A stretch of 64,000 nt of DNA from a virus: the IMG/VR virus record IMGVR_UViG_3300034375_010798; one strand, written 5' to 3'. Below are positions 10,469 to 20,990 of the stretch, in pieces. Numbering within the stretch: position 1 is the stretch's first letter; the number at the start of each line of letters is the position of its first letter. A program made the translations under genes and the position numbers. The notes below the pieces were generated by a model. That model was given only the letters and a program-made list of their open reading frames with translations. It was not told the origin of the DNA and searched no databases.

Positions 10469-12611
10469 ATCTGATATATATAATATTATAACAAAAAAAG
10501 AACCTCCTAAAAATGAACTATTTGACAATATATTAAATGAAGGTGAGTTCAAAGCTTTGATAGTAAAGGGTTCTGATGGTAAATCAAGGGTGGTTAATTT
10601 CAGATCCGCTGAAGCCATGAAAAATGCTATAAAAAGAGGAACTCATAAACCAATTGGTTCAAAAACTTCAGAAAAACCTGCAGATGATACACAACTGGAA
10701 AAACCTGTAGATGATACACAACTGGAAAAACCTGCAGATGATACACAACTGGAAAAACCTGTAGATGATACACAAACAGAGTTGCCTGATTCTGAAATTA
10801 AAGGATTAAAAGATAAAAATAGAGAAAATTTAAAAGCAGCCACAGTTGGTGTAGTTGATGAAGTTATTAAAAAAGAAGCATTAGAAGAAAGAAAGTCTGC
10901 GCCGGGTAATAAGGGTTCTGTTATTAATGAAATATGTGTTGGTGTTGGTTTATATGAGTTATTAGTTAATCCAAATATTAGTGATGATGATTTAATTAGT
11001 AATATAACAGAATTTGTAAAGTCATCAAAAATATACAAAAGTAATAAAAAAAGCAGTAATGATGAGGCTATAAAATCAGCTGCGAACGCTTCAAAAATAG
11101 AGTATATAAGAGTTTTAAAATTAATTGCCGAAAAGGGTATAAATTCAGAGGCGGCTATTGTAAGTCATATATGGGGTGCACAAGAGTCACTTTCTAATAC
11201 TGTATCAAAATTAAAAGAGATGGGTGTGAATACAGTAAATGATATAGATATTGAGGAATATGAAGAAATTATAATGGCAGGTGGTGCAGGTGAAAACCCA
11301 ACAGATACAATGATACTTGTAACTGATAATGATGGTAACGCACATATTCTCCATACTTCAAATAAAATGACATCCGCGGATATACAAGCAAACTCCGGAC
11401 CAGTTAAGAATATTGAAAATATACAAAAAACATTATTAGAGATGGAAGATTTAAATATATCTGCAGAAGATTTGGAAAATATATCAAAAAAACATATAGA
11501 TGAATTAAAAAATAAAAATGATGAAATAAAAAAAGTAGCTATAGAAAGAGTGTCAGAAGCTCGTGAAGATATTCGTGGTTTTATAGACGGGTTGAAAAAC
11601 GCAAGTTCAAATGAAGGTGATGAAAAATATTGGAATCTGGCTGTAGAGAGATTTAGTGGGGTGAATAAAAACGGAGAATTAACGACAAATGTTAGAAAAA
11701 GATTAGAAAAATTTTCTCAAAAAGACGAAAATGGCGAGATAAAAGAAGAGTATAAAGAATTTATTAAAAGGGTAGAGAATAGAGAAAAATTAACCGATAA
11801 AGATGAAGAAAAAATAGCTAATATGTTTTTAGATAGTATGGAATATACCCCTAAAGAAGGCGAGAGTGCAACTGTATACTCATTAAATAATGATAATATA
11901 GCCGGTGCCAATAGAGTTCTATATACAGAAGATGATGAAATTAAATTAAGGGAATTATATGGAGAACAACTAGATATTCAGAATAATTATAGAGAAACTT
12001 TAAATAATATTACAGATGGAGCTGGAGATCTTGCTTTTTCAAAATTATTTTGGGATAGATTACATTTAGATATATCTAGTGGCCACAACCCCGGAGGTAT
12101 ACCAAATGAAAATTTTTCTACAATAATGGGTGTTGATAAGAGCGATTTACGTATTTCATCAGATGGTCAACATTATATAAAAAAAGGTAATTCTCTTTTT
12201 AAATTAGATTTAGAAACAGGTGAATTGGAAGAAACCCCAGCTCAGCTTTCAAAAGAAGAAAAGAAAGAAATAAAAACTTCTGATAATTCAATAGTAATAA
12301 ATAGAGAGATATTGGCAGCTGCTCTTCAATCTGGTGTTGGTGTTGAAATAGGTGAAGATTATTGGAAGAATATAAAGGTAGAGTATTTGCAACAAGGTAA
12401 AGGTAATACAGGCAGTGCACTTTTATATTATGAATATTTAGATGTTGAAGGGGAACAACAAAGACTAAATATAGGTAGTCAAGATGTTAGACCTAAAGGA
12501 GGTCAAGGAACTAAACAACAAGATACTATAAAATATCACCGCGATTTTCAAACCAGATTAGCTATAGAAAGCTTATTATGGCAAAAAAGAAATAGTGATT
12601 TTGTAGGTTAA
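10458..12611 (+). CDS. Large hypothetical protein (possible head-associated protein) with 9-aa repeats
   Basis: Long ORF (track start 10440; ATG at 10458/10461 preferred); EKP(A/V)DDTQL repeats. Confidence 0.7.
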   Translation: MMLRSDIYNIITKKEPPKNELFDNILNEGEFKALIVKGSDGKSRVVNFRSAEAMKNAIKRGTHKPIGSKTSEKPADDTQLEKPVDDTQLEKPADDTQLEKPVDDTQTELPDSEIKGLKDKNRENLKAATVGVVDEVIKKEALEERKSAPGNKGSVINEICVGVGLYELLVNPNISDDDLISNITEFVKSSKIYKSNKKSSNDEAIKSAANASKIEYIRVLKLIAEKGINSEAAIVSHIWGAQESLSNTVSKLKEMGVNTVNDIDIEEYEEIIMAGGAGENPTDTMILVTDNDGNAHILHTSNKMTSADIQANSGPVKNIENIQKTLLEMEDLNISAEDLENISKKHIDELKNKNDEIKKVAIERVSEAREDIRGFIDGLKNASSNEGDEKYWNLAVERFSGVNKNGELTTNVRKRLEKFSQKDENGEIKEEYKEFIKRVENREKLTDKDEEKIANMFLDSMEYTPKEGESATVYSLNNDNIAGANRVLYTEDDEIKLRELYGEQLDIQNNYRETLNNITDGAGDLAFSKLFWDRLHLDISSGHNPGGIPNENFSTIMGVDKSDLRISSDGQHYIKKGNSLFKLDLETGELEETPAQLSKEEKKEIKTSDNSIVINREILAAALQSGVGVEIGEDYWKNIKVEYLQQGKGNTGSALLYYEYLDVEGEQQRLNIGSQDVRPKGGQGTKQQDTIKYHRDFQTRLAIESLLWQKRNSDFVG
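10671..10775 (+). repeat. 27-nt tandem repeat x~4 with alternating C/T (54-nt higher-order unit)
   Basis: GAAAAACCTG(C/T)AGATGATACACAACTG seen directly. Confidence 0.95.
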
Positions 12612-12670
12612 ATAAATTTTAAAAGTATTAAAAAAGTTATTATATTAATTATAAAAGAATGGAGGTTTTT

Positions 12671-13090
12671 ATGTTAAATACATTATTGTTGGCTACTTTT
12701 TGCCAATCAAAAAATATAGATGAGATTATATCAGACATAAAAAATAATTTTGATATTATGGGTGATAAGATATTCATCTTGCAAGATAAATCAAGTAAAC
12801 ATAAGAAAATATTAACTTACAATATAAAGAAGAGTGGTAACACTATATTTTCTGATGTTATAAGTAATACTATATCTTTACATAGAAAGAAAGAAACTAA
12901 TACTCTTTATACATTGAATGCACTTAATGAAATTGTTAAGGAGCAAAACAATGGTGAGGTTAGTAAGGATTTTACTGTTAATTGGGAAGATTATAGAAAT
13001 ACTTTATTAATAACTTATTATGATGATTTATCTAGTAAAACAGTATTAAAATCAATTAACACAAGTTTAATTAAAATAATTAATATATGA
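12671..13090 (+). CDS. Conserved phage hypothetical protein
   Basis: GGAGGT RBS; NTISLHRKKETNTLYTLNALN motif that I recognise from large phages. Confidence 0.7.
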   Translation: MLNTLLLATFCQSKNIDEIISDIKNNFDIMGDKIFILQDKSSKHKKILTYNIKKSGNTIFSDVISNTISLHRKKETNTLYTLNALNEIVKEQNNGEVSKDFTVNWEDYRNTLLITYYDDLSSKTVLKSINTSLIKIINI

Positions 13091-13097
13091 GGTTATA

Positions 13098-15518
13098 ATG
13101 TCAGAAAACAAAATGGTTAGTGTTTTATTGTTTGTAGAAAATTCTGATGACGATCAAATAGTAGAGGCAGTAAAAAATATATCTGAACAAACATATAAGA
13201 ATGTTGATTTGATTGTTTCATCATTTAAGGAAGAAAATTCAGAAGAAGTTAAAAAAATAGTCAATAGTTTGTTTTTAAATGTGCAATGGATTAATCATAA
13301 ACCTATTCCAACATTTATAAATGAAGCTTTGGAATTAGCTGTAGGTGATATTATTTTTTATAGAACTATTAATAATGTTAAGTGGTATCCAAGACATATT
13401 GATAGTCATATTGAAAAATACGATGATTCAAATGTTAATTGGTGTCTTTCAAATTTAGAAAGCAAAGACATTAATAAGCCAGAGGGTAAAGCTAATACTT
13501 TTGACTATAGGATAGAAAACCCACCTAACTTAACAACAATTATAATTGATGAAGTTTCTCACCGCAAAGGCATACCAGCAGATTGGGCATTATGTATCAC
13601 TGAAGATTCAAATGGCGAACATGATTTTTCTGCGGGTAAAATAGTTAATCAGTGGTCTTATGAAAAATTAAGAGGAACTGTATCCACAGAAATAAGTGTT
13701 ATTCAGTGGATTGAAAGAGATGGTGGTTATAAGGAAACTATAAATTATATTGAGGCACAGATTGGCGCACCTGCCCCTATAGATAACAAACATTCTATCA
13801 ATGAAGAGACTGGTGAGATAGAGATAAAAAGAAAACTTCCAACTTTAGTTGGTAACTATAGATTTGCAAATCATAATAAGCACACTGTTGCTATGTCAAA
13901 GAATATGGGTGATATAAACTCAATAGCTATTAAGAGAACAATAGGGTTGGGTGATGTTATATTAATTGAGCCAATCATTAAGAAGTTGAGACAGGATCAT
14001 CCTAAAGCTGAAATAACACTTTTTACCAAATCAACAGATATACCAAATTACTTCAAGCACGCACCAGATCATATAAAGACGTTAGATGAAGTCAATCTTC
14101 ACGAAGACTTTTTATCTAAAACAGAATATGAAATGGGTATTGATTTGGATTTATCATATGAGAGCAGAGTTAAGAGACCTTTTATTGACTCTTATGCTGA
14201 AGTTGCAAATGTATTCTTTGAAGATAGAAGAGATAAGTATCCACAATTAGTGTGTGATGAAGATCGTATTATAGAAGAAAAATATATTGTTGTTTGTGGT
14301 GATGGATCTGGTTGGCCCGGAAAAACTTGGCCATTAAGTTATTATGAGAACATTATTCTTCATTATAAAAATGAAGGATATAATGTTATAGAAACTGGAA
14401 GCCATCATGTCACAAATGATACAGATCCAACATATCACAATTGTGATTTTAAAACTTTAATTAATTTGATTAAAAATTGTGATTTGTATATCGGAGCAGA
14501 CAATGGTCCCATGCATATTGCAAGATCTTTCAATAAGAAGTGTGTGATTATTGCAGGAGCTGCTTTGCCAAGATTAACTAATCCCAATAATGAAAATGTT
14601 TATTATCTTGAAAATCATGGTAATGATTGTTTAGGATTAAAGCACTCTAAGTTTATAGATTTAACAGAAAAAGGTGGTTTAACATTTATACCTATTAATG
14701 TTAAAGATCCAAGTTGTGGTATTAATGATATTAAACCAAGTATGGTTAAAAAAGCAGTATCATCTTTAACAGATAAAAAGACATCACCAGATGGAAATGA
14801 GATGACTTATGCTTTTAATATCATAGGAAATCTCATCAGCAAAGATTTGATTGAGGGTTTTGCATATTATAGAGATGATGTTACTGGTATATATTGGAAA
14901 GAAGATGTGCATCATCACCCAGATCAAAGACTTAATACATCTCAGTTTTATATAGATAAAAAAGAAACAGTGTGGGAAAAGAACTTTGTTCCAATAATTA
15001 ATCATATGACAGAGAAATCAATAACTAATAATTCTTTATTAGATATTGGGTGTAATATGGGAATATTTTTAGATGGATATTCTAAGTATACGGATGATAT
15101 TATGGGTATTGATTTAAACATAGACTCTATTACAAATGGTATTAATATATATTCTGATTTAAAAGATAAATTAATATCTGGTAATTTTGTTACTTATGAT
15201 TTTGATAGAAAGTTTCAAACATTATTGTGTCATGATATTATTAATAATGTTAGCAACCCAAGAGAATTTTTATCTAAGTGTTACGATGTTTCTGAATCTG
15301 GTGGTTATCTATATATAAGTTTTTATGATATAGATAATGACTCATTTAGAGATAACCCAAGAGATTGGAGAGATATGGGTGTTGGTGAAAAAATATCATT
15401 TTTTGATTATAAAACATTTGAATCTATGTTAGATGATAATGGGTTTAAAATAGTTGAGCAATATTTTACGCATGAAGCTACTGATGCTAAGTTTTTGTTT
15501 TGTCAAAGGAAAAATTAA
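13098..15518 (+). CDS. Tri-domain GT2-like / GT9 (heptosyltransferase-like) / SAM methyltransferase
   Basis: N-terminal QTYKNVDLIV (GT-A); RTIGLGDVILIEP, KTWP, YIGADNGPMHIA (GT9); LLDIGCNMGIF (MTase motif I). Confidence 0.8.
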   Translation: MSENKMVSVLLFVENSDDDQIVEAVKNISEQTYKNVDLIVSSFKEENSEEVKKIVNSLFLNVQWINHKPIPTFINEALELAVGDIIFYRTINNVKWYPRHIDSHIEKYDDSNVNWCLSNLESKDINKPEGKANTFDYRIENPPNLTTIIIDEVSHRKGIPADWALCITEDSNGEHDFSAGKIVNQWSYEKLRGTVSTEISVIQWIERDGGYKETINYIEAQIGAPAPIDNKHSINEETGEIEIKRKLPTLVGNYRFANHNKHTVAMSKNMGDINSIAIKRTIGLGDVILIEPIIKKLRQDHPKAEITLFTKSTDIPNYFKHAPDHIKTLDEVNLHEDFLSKTEYEMGIDLDLSYESRVKRPFIDSYAEVANVFFEDRRDKYPQLVCDEDRIIEEKYIVVCGDGSGWPGKTWPLSYYENIILHYKNEGYNVIETGSHHVTNDTDPTYHNCDFKTLINLIKNCDLYIGADNGPMHIARSFNKKCVIIAGAALPRLTNPNNENVYYLENHGNDCLGLKHSKFIDLTEKGGLTFIPINVKDPSCGINDIKPSMVKKAVSSLTDKKTSPDGNEMTYAFNIIGNLISKDLIEGFAYYRDDVTGIYWKEDVHHHPDQRLNTSQFYIDKKETVWEKNFVPIINHMTEKSITNNSLLDIGCNMGIFLDGYSKYTDDIMGIDLNIDSITNGINIYSDLKDKLISGNFVTYDFDRKFQTLLCHDIINNVSNPREFLSKCYDVSESGGYLYISFYDIDNDSFRDNPRDWRDMGVGEKISFFDYKTFESMLDDNGFKIVEQYFTHEATDAKFLFCQRKN

Positions 15519-15956
15519 ATGGAGACTTTTGGTAGTATAATAGATAAAATAACAATTTTAGAAAGAAGAATTCAAGAGTTAAGAAAAAAAGATGAAGGAT
15601 ATTACCACCTATACAATCAGTATGGGTGGTTATTCAAAAGTATTGGTGATCAACTTACTGAGTGTTTTAGTGGTCGTAGGCCATTTACATTTGAAAAACA
15701 TAAGGTTTATGATAAAGAAGTATCAATACAAAATGAAGTAAGTTTTTTATCAGTTATTAGTCTTCTAAATGAGTATAATAATAAGTTATGGGATTTAGAG
15801 GATATTAGAAGAGATAAGAGTTTAACTGATAATGAAAGATTAGAGGCCGCTGATAAGGTTTCTGAGTATAATAAGTTAAGAAATGATTGTATTGATAGAA
15901 TAGATCAATATATTGAAAAAGCAGCCAGAAGTTCACACGAATCTATCTTTAAATAA
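15519..15956 (+). CDS. DUF4254/DUF6165-like helical protein (GT9-associated)
   Basis: GSIIDKITILE and NNKLWDLEDIRR...NKLRNDCIDRID motifs. Confidence 0.6.
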   Translation: METFGSIIDKITILERRIQELRKKDEGYYHLYNQYGWLFKSIGDQLTECFSGRRPFTFEKHKVYDKEVSIQNEVSFLSVISLLNEYNNKLWDLEDIRRDKSLTDNERLEAADKVSEYNKLRNDCIDRIDQYIEKAARSSHESIFK

Positions 15957-16000
15957 ATAATAGAAGATATTTATAATATAAAATATTAATGGAGAATAAT

Positions 16001-16177
16001 ATGGAAACTTATAGTAAGATAATTGCCCTTTATGAAGATTTTGTAATGAATCATAAGAAGTTTGTAGAAAGCAATAATAAGTCAGCAGGAACTAGAGCGA
16101 GGAAGGCCATCGGCGAAATAAAGAAATTAGCTACCGACTACAGAAAAGAAAGCGTAGAGGCGGCAAAAACCATGTAG
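16001..16177 (+). CDS. Histone H1-like Hc1-family protein
   Basis: NKSAGTRARKAIGEIKKLATDYRKES signature; GGAG RBS. Confidence 0.75.
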   Translation: METYSKIIALYEDFVMNHKKFVESNNKSAGTRARKAIGEIKKLATDYRKESVEAAKTM

Positions 16178-16186
16178 AGAGATAAG

Positions 16187-16753
16187 ATGAAAAGAATAAA
16201 AAACTTATTATCAAAGGTTATATTCTTTTCAAGTGTTGCGATTTTAGTCAGTTGTTCAGACAACCCTACATCTAGTGATAGTAGGGAGTATGTATATAGC
16301 TATGATAATTACGCATTAATGATGGTTGATGCATTAGATGAAAAATATGCATATTTAGAAAGAAGTTTTAATGTTACAGATGGTGAAATACAATATATGG
16401 AAATTTATCATTTTGAAAAAAGTGACGACCCATTCTACCATCTTCAGTTTAAAATGGATAGAATGATTAAAACAAACTCATTAGATATTTGGTTCAAAAG
16501 TGAGCCAAAGAGTTCTAGTAGAAATGTTTATTCTATAGAGGGTAATATACTTTTTCAAAGTGGCTCTTATATATTGATGATTAAAAAATCTGGCATATCT
16601 TATAATATGAGAACCGATCAATATGATACATTTATTCCAGAACCTGTAGGAATAAATAAGATGGTTATTATAGATGATGGTGTTTTTATAGGTGATGATA
16701 AATATGGTGGTTTGCGTTATCAAATTGGAGATTTAGAAGATATAAAAATATAA
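16187..16753 (+). CDS. Putative lipoprotein
   Basis: Basic N-terminus, hydrophobic stretch, lipobox ILVS-C followed by SDNPTSS. Confidence 0.7.
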   Translation: MKRIKNLLSKVIFFSSVAILVSCSDNPTSSDSREYVYSYDNYALMMVDALDEKYAYLERSFNVTDGEIQYMEIYHFEKSDDPFYHLQFKMDRMIKTNSLDIWFKSEPKSSSRNVYSIEGNILFQSGSYILMIKKSGISYNMRTDQYDTFIPEPVGINKMVIIDDGVFIGDDKYGGLRYQIGDLEDIKI

Positions 16754-16754
16754 T

Positions 16755-17201
16755 ATGCTCATATATAAACCTAAATATTTTATTGAAGAAGTTATTTTTA
16801 CTAATGGTTGTTTTGATTTATTTCATAAAGGGCATGAATTTTTAATAAACTATGCATTATCTTTTAAATTACCAAGTAATAAATTAGTTGTTGGTGTTAA
16901 CACAGATAAATCAGTTAAGAAGTTAAAAGGAAATAATAGACCTGTTGATACTTTTAATAAAAGAGTAGAAAATTTAGTTTATTTTTCTAAAGAAATTGAT
17001 TATATTATACCGATTGAGAATACTAGTGTTTTAGAAACTATTAAATGGTTAAGACCTAGTATTCTCATAAAAGGTGGTTCAACAGATTTTATAGTAGGTA
17101 AATCATTTGTTGAATCATACGGAGGTAAAGTTATTAAGGCTCCTATGTTTGGAGAATATTCTACAACTAATTTATTGAAAAAGATGGTTAAAGATGAGTA
17201 A
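16755..17201 (+). CDS. hldC: RfaE domain II / HldC-like heptose-1-phosphate nucleotidyltransferase
   Basis: FTNGCFDLFHKGH, VGVNTDKSVKKLKGNNRP, KGG, GGKV...YSTT. Confidence 0.8.
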   Translation: MLIYKPKYFIEEVIFTNGCFDLFHKGHEFLINYALSFKLPSNKLVVGVNTDKSVKKLKGNNRPVDTFNKRVENLVYFSKEIDYIIPIENTSVLETIKWLRPSILIKGGSTDFIVGKSFVESYGGKVIKAPMFGEYSTTNLLKKMVKDE

Positions 17202-18774
17202 AAAGTTTCATATATTGCAATTAGCTGGTTTTGGAGACACACTTTCAGCATTAACAAGAATTCCCGCAGTAAAAGAAAAATACCCAGAACATGAAATACA
17301 ATTTTGGTTAGGTGGCATCGGCCAATCAGTTGAGTTTTCAAAACAACAAATAGAAAGAGAAGGTTATAAAGCTTCTGTTGTTAAGAACTTTTCATTTCAT
17401 AATCAAATCAGATCTACATATGATTTTATAAAAGAAAATGTTTTTGAAGAAAACGACATATTAGAAGATTGGAGTTTTTGTTCTGAGATTTTTAGTAATA
17501 AAGAACCTGTTTTTTATAAATATGATTTGCAATTTCCTTATCATTATAAAACAACAAAACATCCATATAATACAGAAATAAATTTTACACCAAAAAATAC
17601 AGTAGCTATTCACCCCCTAACAAAATCTGGCAACATAGAGGGGTTTGAAAGTGATGTTGAGAAAGGTAGGTTTTGGAGTAGAGATGAGTGGAAGAATTTG
17701 TGTATAAAGTTGTGTGATAATGGATATACACCTGCCTTCGTTGGTTATGGAGATGAGGATTGGGGGTTAATAGAAGAGCTAATAACAGACGGATACAGCG
17801 TCTTAGATAAGAGAATGGGTGTAGAAGATACAATATATTTTCTACAAACAGTTGATGCAGGTATATTCTGTAATAGTTGGGATTGGGAAATAACATCAAG
17901 AGCTGGTATACCAACATTTTGTTTTTATACGAAGAATCATTTCTTTATTCAGAATCATATACCAAAAGGGCTATCAGATTTTTGGAACACTTGTTATATT
18001 GAAACAAATTCTGATTATGAAGAAGTAGAATACTATGATCAAAAAGTATATAAAGAAGCTGTAAATGCATCTGGTGTTTTTGATAAAATAAAATATATAA
18101 TAGAAAATAAAAAATCTCCTAATTATAATTTTTCTGTGTGTATGATAGGTATGAATAATGAAAATCACATTCAGAAAACTTTTAATAATATAGGATCATA
18201 TATATCTTCAAATGAAAATAATGAGTTTGTTTTCGTTGATGGTGGATCTACAGATAAAACAATTGATATAACAAAAACATTTATTCAATCATTGAATATA
18301 AAAGAAGGAAACGCACATATAATAGAAAACCCATGGCCAAATAATCACAGTGTTCAGAAAAATATAGCCTTAGAAAAAACAAATAATGATTGGGTTGTTT
18401 GGATTGATACTGATGAAACTTATGAAGATATATTCTGGAATCAGTTAGGTTGGTATATAAGAGATGCTGATAAAAATAATTTTGACTCTATTATATTTCC
18501 AAGAATTAATGTTATAACTGGTGTTGATGAAGATAAGCTAGAAGATTTTGCAAAAAGACAAAATTGGGTTTTATCAAAACCATTTAATTGGATTAATTAT
18601 CCAGATGTTCAACAAAGAGTTTATAAGAACAATTGTAGATATAGTAACAAGATACATATAAAAATAAATAACGCTAATAAAGAAAAAGTAGTTGATGGTG
18701 TTCATTGTTTGCATTATAAAACATATGACACACAAGTTAATCAACTTATTGAATATGGTGAGTATAAACATTAA
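17194..18774 (+). CDS. GT9-like + GT2 glycosyltransferase fusion
   Basis: AGFGDTL...VAIHP...RFWSRDEW (GT9-like); FVDGGSTDKT, WIDTDE, YPDVQQR (GT2). Confidence 0.75.
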   Translation: MSKKFHILQLAGFGDTLSALTRIPAVKEKYPEHEIQFWLGGIGQSVEFSKQQIEREGYKASVVKNFSFHNQIRSTYDFIKENVFEENDILEDWSFCSEIFSNKEPVFYKYDLQFPYHYKTTKHPYNTEINFTPKNTVAIHPLTKSGNIEGFESDVEKGRFWSRDEWKNLCIKLCDNGYTPAFVGYGDEDWGLIEELITDGYSVLDKRMGVEDTIYFLQTVDAGIFCNSWDWEITSRAGIPTFCFYTKNHFFIQNHIPKGLSDFWNTCYIETNSDYEEVEYYDQKVYKEAVNASGVFDKIKYIIENKKSPNYNFSVCMIGMNNENHIQKTFNNIGSYISSNENNEFVFVDGGSTDKTIDITKTFIQSLNIKEGNAHIIENPWPNNHSVQKNIALEKTNNDWVVWIDTDETYEDIFWNQLGWYIRDADKNNFDSIIFPRINVITGVDEDKLEDFAKRQNWVLSKPFNWINYPDVQQRVYKNNCRYSNKIHIKINNANKEKVVDGVHCLHYKTYDTQVNQLIEYGEYKH

Positions 18775-19823
18775 TGTTTACAACAAAAATAAGAAATAAT
18801 AATGTAGTTATACACCATATCAATGAGTTGTCTGTTGGTGGAACAACAAAAATAATACAAACTTTATTACCTTATTTTTTAAAAGATAAAAAATATAAAC
18901 ATTATGTTTCTTATAAAAAATGGATAGATATATCTAGAGAAAGTGATTTTATAAGTGTTATAGGTGAAGAAAGGATGCTTCCCTATAACACTGAACATGA
19001 TTTTTTAGAAATAGTTAAACATTTAAAACCTCACATCATACAAAGATATTCCGCAGGAATACCAGAGTTTCCTTTTGTAGAACAAGTAAAAGAACATACA
19101 AATCATTTTGTATCATTATCTACGTTTGGTGATCAAGACGAAACAATAGATATATCAGCGGTTATATATGTTTCTTTGCATGTTCAATTTTTTATGGGTA
19201 AACAAAAAGAAAAAAATCACTACACTGTAAGAGTTCCTGTTATTGATAAACCTCAAAATAAAAACTTAAGAAAAGAATTAGGTATAGAAGATGATATATA
19301 TGTTTTTGGTAGAATAGGAAGGTCTGATGATAATATATATGATCCTATTAATATAAAAGCCTATTCTATGATAGAAACAGATAAAACTTGCTTTATTTCT
19401 GTTAATTCTTCTCAAAAAATGCTGCAGGATATTAAGCAATTTAATATAAAGAATTTTGTTGACATTCCACAAAATATTGATTATATTTATATATCTAAGT
19501 TTTATAACACTATTGATGTTCTTGCTCATGCGAGGAAAGACGGCGAGTGTTGTCCTACAAACATAGCCGAATCGTTTTCACACAGTAAACCTGTAATAAG
19601 TCATTACGGTGATCGTTTTAATGGTCAAATAGAAAATATACAAAACGCAGGTTTTACTGTGTTACATAATGATATTAAAGAGTATGCTCGTATAATGAAA
19701 AATTTTGTAGATAAAAAATATGATTATGAAAAGTTATCAAAAAATGCAAGACAAAGATATGAAGAAGATTATAATCCAGAAATGATATATAGAAAGTATA
19801 TTGAGATATATAATTCATTATGA
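18774..19823 (+). CDS. GT4-family (GT-B) glycosyltransferase
   Basis: LSVGGT, FGRIGR, DVLAHARKDGECCPTNIAES. Confidence 0.8.
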   Translation: MFTTKIRNNNVVIHHINELSVGGTTKIIQTLLPYFLKDKKYKHYVSYKKWIDISRESDFISVIGEERMLPYNTEHDFLEIVKHLKPHIIQRYSAGIPEFPFVEQVKEHTNHFVSLSTFGDQDETIDISAVIYVSLHVQFFMGKQKEKNHYTVRVPVIDKPQNKNLRKELGIEDDIYVFGRIGRSDDNIYDPINIKAYSMIETDKTCFISVNSSQKMLQDIKQFNIKNFVDIPQNIDYIYISKFYNTIDVLAHARKDGECCPTNIAESFSHSKPVISHYGDRFNGQIENIQNAGFTVLHNDIKEYARIMKNFVDKKYDYEKLSKNARQRYEEDYNPEMIYRKYIEIYNSL

Positions 19824-20527
19824 TTAACCCAAAAGATATACATGTTATACTTATAGGTAATAACGAAGTTTATAATTTTTATGCTAATATGGAGATTATA
19901 AGAGATAACTATGAGTTTGGTAATGATATATGGATTAGTTGCATATATAATGGTGATTTAAATGAATTATGTAGTGGAGCAAGAGAAAATAACTTTATAA
20001 CATTAAATGAAAACAGAGGTTATCAATTAGGGGCTTTAGATTTATACAATAAATCTTTTGAAGTTGCTAAACTAGTAAATAGAAAATATACTTTAATAAT
20101 GAATTTTGATGTTTGGATTTTAGATCAAAATAATTTTTTAGGCATATTTGAGGGTATACAAAAAGACAAACATATAGGCCTAGGTCGTAACATAGAATAT
20201 GGCCATCCACTAACGGATATATGCGTTTTTAAAACATCACATATACCAAAATATATACGCCAAGAAATATTGCCTGAAAGAATAGAAAATTTACACTTGA
20301 CAAATATGGAGAGTTTTGATATATTAGAAGAATGGTTTTTATGTATGATGTATGAAAACAACTTATATAATAGTTGGTATATCTTAAAAAGAGATAATCA
20401 TCCAAGATATAGGTGGACACATTCAAACAGTATAATGCATGAACATGATATTTATGTAAAGAAAAAAAGACTTATGTCTAATAATATATTTGAGGGCAAT
20501 TTAATAAAACAAATAAGGAGTTTATAA
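19820..20527 (+). CDS. Putative GT-A fold glycosyltransferase-like protein
   Basis: ENRGYQLGALD and MNFDVW motifs; located in the glycan island. Confidence 0.45.
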   Translation: MINPKDIHVILIGNNEVYNFYANMEIIRDNYEFGNDIWISCIYNGDLNELCSGARENNFITLNENRGYQLGALDLYNKSFEVAKLVNRKYTLIMNFDVWILDQNNFLGIFEGIQKDKHIGLGRNIEYGHPLTDICVFKTSHIPKYIRQEILPERIENLHLTNMESFDILEEWFLCMMYENNLYNSWYILKRDNHPRYRWTHSNSIMHEHDIYVKKKRLMSNNIFEGNLIKQIRSL

Positions 20528-20530
20528 GTT

Positions 20531-20782
20531 ATGAATATGACAGGTGGTTTAGGTGGAACAACAGAAAATAATAATGATGATGATTATTGGCAGTGTGGTT
20601 CATGTAAGATTAAAGTTACTGAAGATAGTGATGTAAAAGTTTTACCTATAGCCTTAGGTGGTGATGGTTTAAAAAATCAAGGTTTAACTCTTTTTGTTTG
20701 CCCCAATTGTTATACATTGCAATTACCAGAAGAGGTTTTTAAAGAGTTTCATAAAAGGATGCAATCTAATATAATACATTAG
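20531..20782 (+). CDS. Small zinc-ribbon protein
   Basis: CGSC...CPNC. Confidence 0.6.
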   Translation: MNMTGGLGGTTENNNDDDYWQCGSCKIKVTEDSDVKVLPIALGGDGLKNQGLTLFVCPNCYTLQLPEEVFKEFHKRMQSNIIH

Positions 20783-20793
20783 AGGAGATAAAG

Positions 20794-20979
20794 ATGAATA
20801 AGTTCAATAGTTTACAGTCATATATATCTGATAGTATAAAAGATAAAGATGAAGAGTTTGATTTTAATCAACAAGAGATTGATAAAGATAAGGTAAAGAA
20901 ACCTAATCATAAGGCTTTTTTAATGCGTAAAAAAGCAAGAAAAACTGCTAAAAAGTCAAGACGAGCAAATAGAAGATAG
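20794..20979 (+). CDS. Small protein with basic C-terminus
   Basis: GAGGAG RBS; RKKARKTAKKSRRANRR. Confidence 0.6.
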   Translation: MNKFNSLQSYISDSIKDKDEEFDFNQQEIDKDKVKKPNHKAFLMRKKARKTAKKSRRANRR

Positions 20980-20990
20980 CAAAAAAGTAT

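Noticed and set aside
10671-10775. 27-nt repeats as a CRISPR array
   Set aside because: Units are contiguous with no spacers and are in frame within a CDS; no cas genes seen
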